DNA of 51,743 bases, the filler included, from Bipalium vagum (lineage: Eukaryota), in the NCBI GenBank assembly GCA_037834085.1. It is 3 parts of 3 records of this genome, joined end to end, with 100 filler letters (N's around TTAATTAATTAA, not from the genome) between each part and the next. Parts side by side here need not be neighbours in the genome. Positions count along the whole stretch, not along the records: positions 33,049 to 51,743 come from JBBMKC010022593.1; 2 more parts are not named here. One strand, written 5' to 3'. The position numbers and the translations under genes were made by a program. Positions 49,822 through 51,743 of this stretch are shown here, one piece after another. The notes beneath the pieces were generated by a model. The model was given only the letters and a program-made list of their open reading frames with translations, searched no databases and was not told the origin of the DNA. Positions within the stretch are counted from its first letter, which is position 1; every line of letters begins with the position of its first letter.

Positions 49822-50480
49822 TCTTAAGCAACCAGCAGAAATCCGCCATCATGCGCTCATCCGACTGGTCCTGGTATCGCTTTTCGATGATACTTATTGT
49901 TTGGTGAAATCTTTCACCACGTTCATCAATAATTCAGCCCAAATTTTGTGGGGAAAAGTTCAGATGGCACTTCAATAGTGCATTTTAAGGAAAATTTTAT
50001 TATTCATCTCTTGAAAACATCTAATAATTCAAAAATAGTTTTCTGGTAATCCATGGAACGGTGTTTATCCTGTTAAGATTAAATATTTACTTCATTTAGA
50101 TATGGTAGCAACAAGACAAACCTTAAAGGTTGTTCACGGTGTCTAGCAAGGCTTCTTATGCCCGGCATTAAGTTTTACTTAAGCTCCTTTTGAAATACAT
50201 ATTTCTCATTTGTGGTCCAACCAAAATCCCTTCTTTGATTTTAGCCCTTGATAATTTCAGGAAATATACTTTTAATATTTGAAACGGCTGGCCTTCGGGT
50301 TATAAAGCTTTAATAAGGTTCCTGAGAATGCCTAACTTGATAGCTGGTAATAGAATATTCTTTACACTGAAAAGTGCTTCATGCTTGATATTGCATTGGC
50401 CGGGTGTTCAGTTCTAACGACTTAGCCATTCTTTGCTGTATAGTGCTGATCACATGTCCTATTATCCCATAAATTATTGT
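49822..50480 (-). mobile_element. Chapaev3-like (CMC) transposase C-terminal remnant
   Basis: LWDNR..HY..EW; ILLPA.IKLG..LIKAL; AKIKEGILVGPQMR; LKMHY..FPQNLG..DERGERFHQTISIIEKRYQ..MMADFCW. Confidence 0.75.
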
Positions 50481-50535
50481 AGGATTGATGGAAATTTATT
50501 GGATCATACAAAATAGAAAAATATAATGGAGCTGA

Positions 50536-50700
50536 TGTTAAGTTTTCCTAAGATTTGGATGATATTAAAAAATGTTAATTATCGGAGCTTAATTAACTCT
50601 TAGGACTTAACGGTTGAAGGTTGCTTACAGTTGTGTTCGTCAAAATATAAATTGATTTAAATGAACTGAGATAACGCTGTAAGTTAAATACTTTTATTAA
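50536..50700 (-). mobile_element. LTR 3' end, same family as 1-77 and 15856-16178
   Basis: Reverse complement matches window positions 1-77; far boundary not determined. Confidence 0.5.
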
Positions 50701-51743
50701 AATCGAATTAAAGTTTGATAATACAAATGAATGATACCAACGTTGACCGATTAAAGTGAGTTTATTAATTATGGTTATTATTTATAAAAAAATCCTCTCG
50801 CACTTAGGCTCAGAGGTCCTCAATAAAGAAAAACAAGTATACCTCACCGCCCTACTTAGCGTGTGAAATATGAACAAAAAGAAACAAAAGGTAACGAGAA
50901 AAAGGAATTCAAAAAGTTACTTTATCCTCAGGTCCTGGCCTGAGTATTTAATTATTATTAAGTTATAAAAACTGTGTCTTGTCTAACAAGACACGCCTGT
51001 TTAATTAAAAATGTAAATGATTACAAAACAATAAATATTATTAAGAATCGAGACAAGTCTTGTGAATCTTAGATTTCAAGCCGGTATTATATTATATTAT
51101 TAAGATGTATAAAAACTTGCTACAGATACTATTAAAATTTTTATTATCACTTATGATCAAACTAATGAAAATAATGCAATTAAGAAAAATAACACCTTTA
51201 TTTAAACTAAACTGATACTATTCAGTATCAAGTAAACACAAAAATATAAAAGAAAGTTTACTCTATCAACAATTTTGGTGCATATAATTTTGAATTTGAT
51301 GAGCGGCGTTCTCTAAGTCATTCTGATACCAATTGATGAATTTGTCGTTGTAGGATAGGTTTAGAATATAACACGCTTTTGAGGTTCGAAGCACCTTTAT
51401 CTATTCGTCTAGCTTAGTGAATTCTTGCTTGAGTTTAATCTTTCCTTCTCTCTTGTCGAAATCTTGATTCTATATATACTTTCTTATCGTAGTTATTCGC
51501 GACTTGTTTGATTTTGTTTTAATTGTTATTATTGAAAAATGATACTGTTGACTTTAATTTTCCTTTTGAAATTAATCTAGATGTCTGCTACTTCCGTTAA
51601 ACTCTAACGGAGATCGCACTTGTAGTTGAAATTTAAAATCTTGTTTTATTTTGATTAATTAATTTTTTATTGATGAAAATTGAAGTTGATTATCTTGAAT
51701 TGGAATGTTGCTTGCTCTTGTTGCGTCGCTCACTGTGTTCGAT

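Noticed and set aside
49830-49870. Apparent right TIR of the ITmD37E element
   Set aside because: Better explained as the MMADFCW coding end of the adjacent Chapaev3-like remnant

Overview
AT-rich eukaryotic (almost certainly invertebrate animal) genomic DNA with very short spliceosomal introns (43-73 nt). It is made of three contigs joined by artificial N44-TTAATTAATTAA-N44 linkers. Most of the window is decayed transposable elements: Merlin, mariner, Tc1, ITmD37E, pogo/Tigger, hAT, MULE and Chapaev3-like DNA transposons, Ty3/gypsy LTR pieces, and at least three R2-superfamily (restriction-like endonuclease) non-LTR elements. Host genes rebuilt by hand from splice sites: a compact 3-exon ATAD5/Elg1 (669 aa); a 4-exon secreted, basic, non-canonical C-type lectin (154 aa); and three alternately oriented paralogues of a 6-exon secreted F-type-lectin + PAN/apple protein (one intact, two damaged). 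Best leads: (i) the lectin cluster, with variable binding loops, mosaic identity and a near-invariant probable GC-AG intron; (ii) an intron-containing Merlin transposase; (iii) a degenerate HDV-like ribozyme at the 5' end of an R2-like element; (iv) a non-LTR 5' region carrying a Ulp1-like protease and SPxK repeats. All calls come from manual translation and motif recognition; no searches were run.
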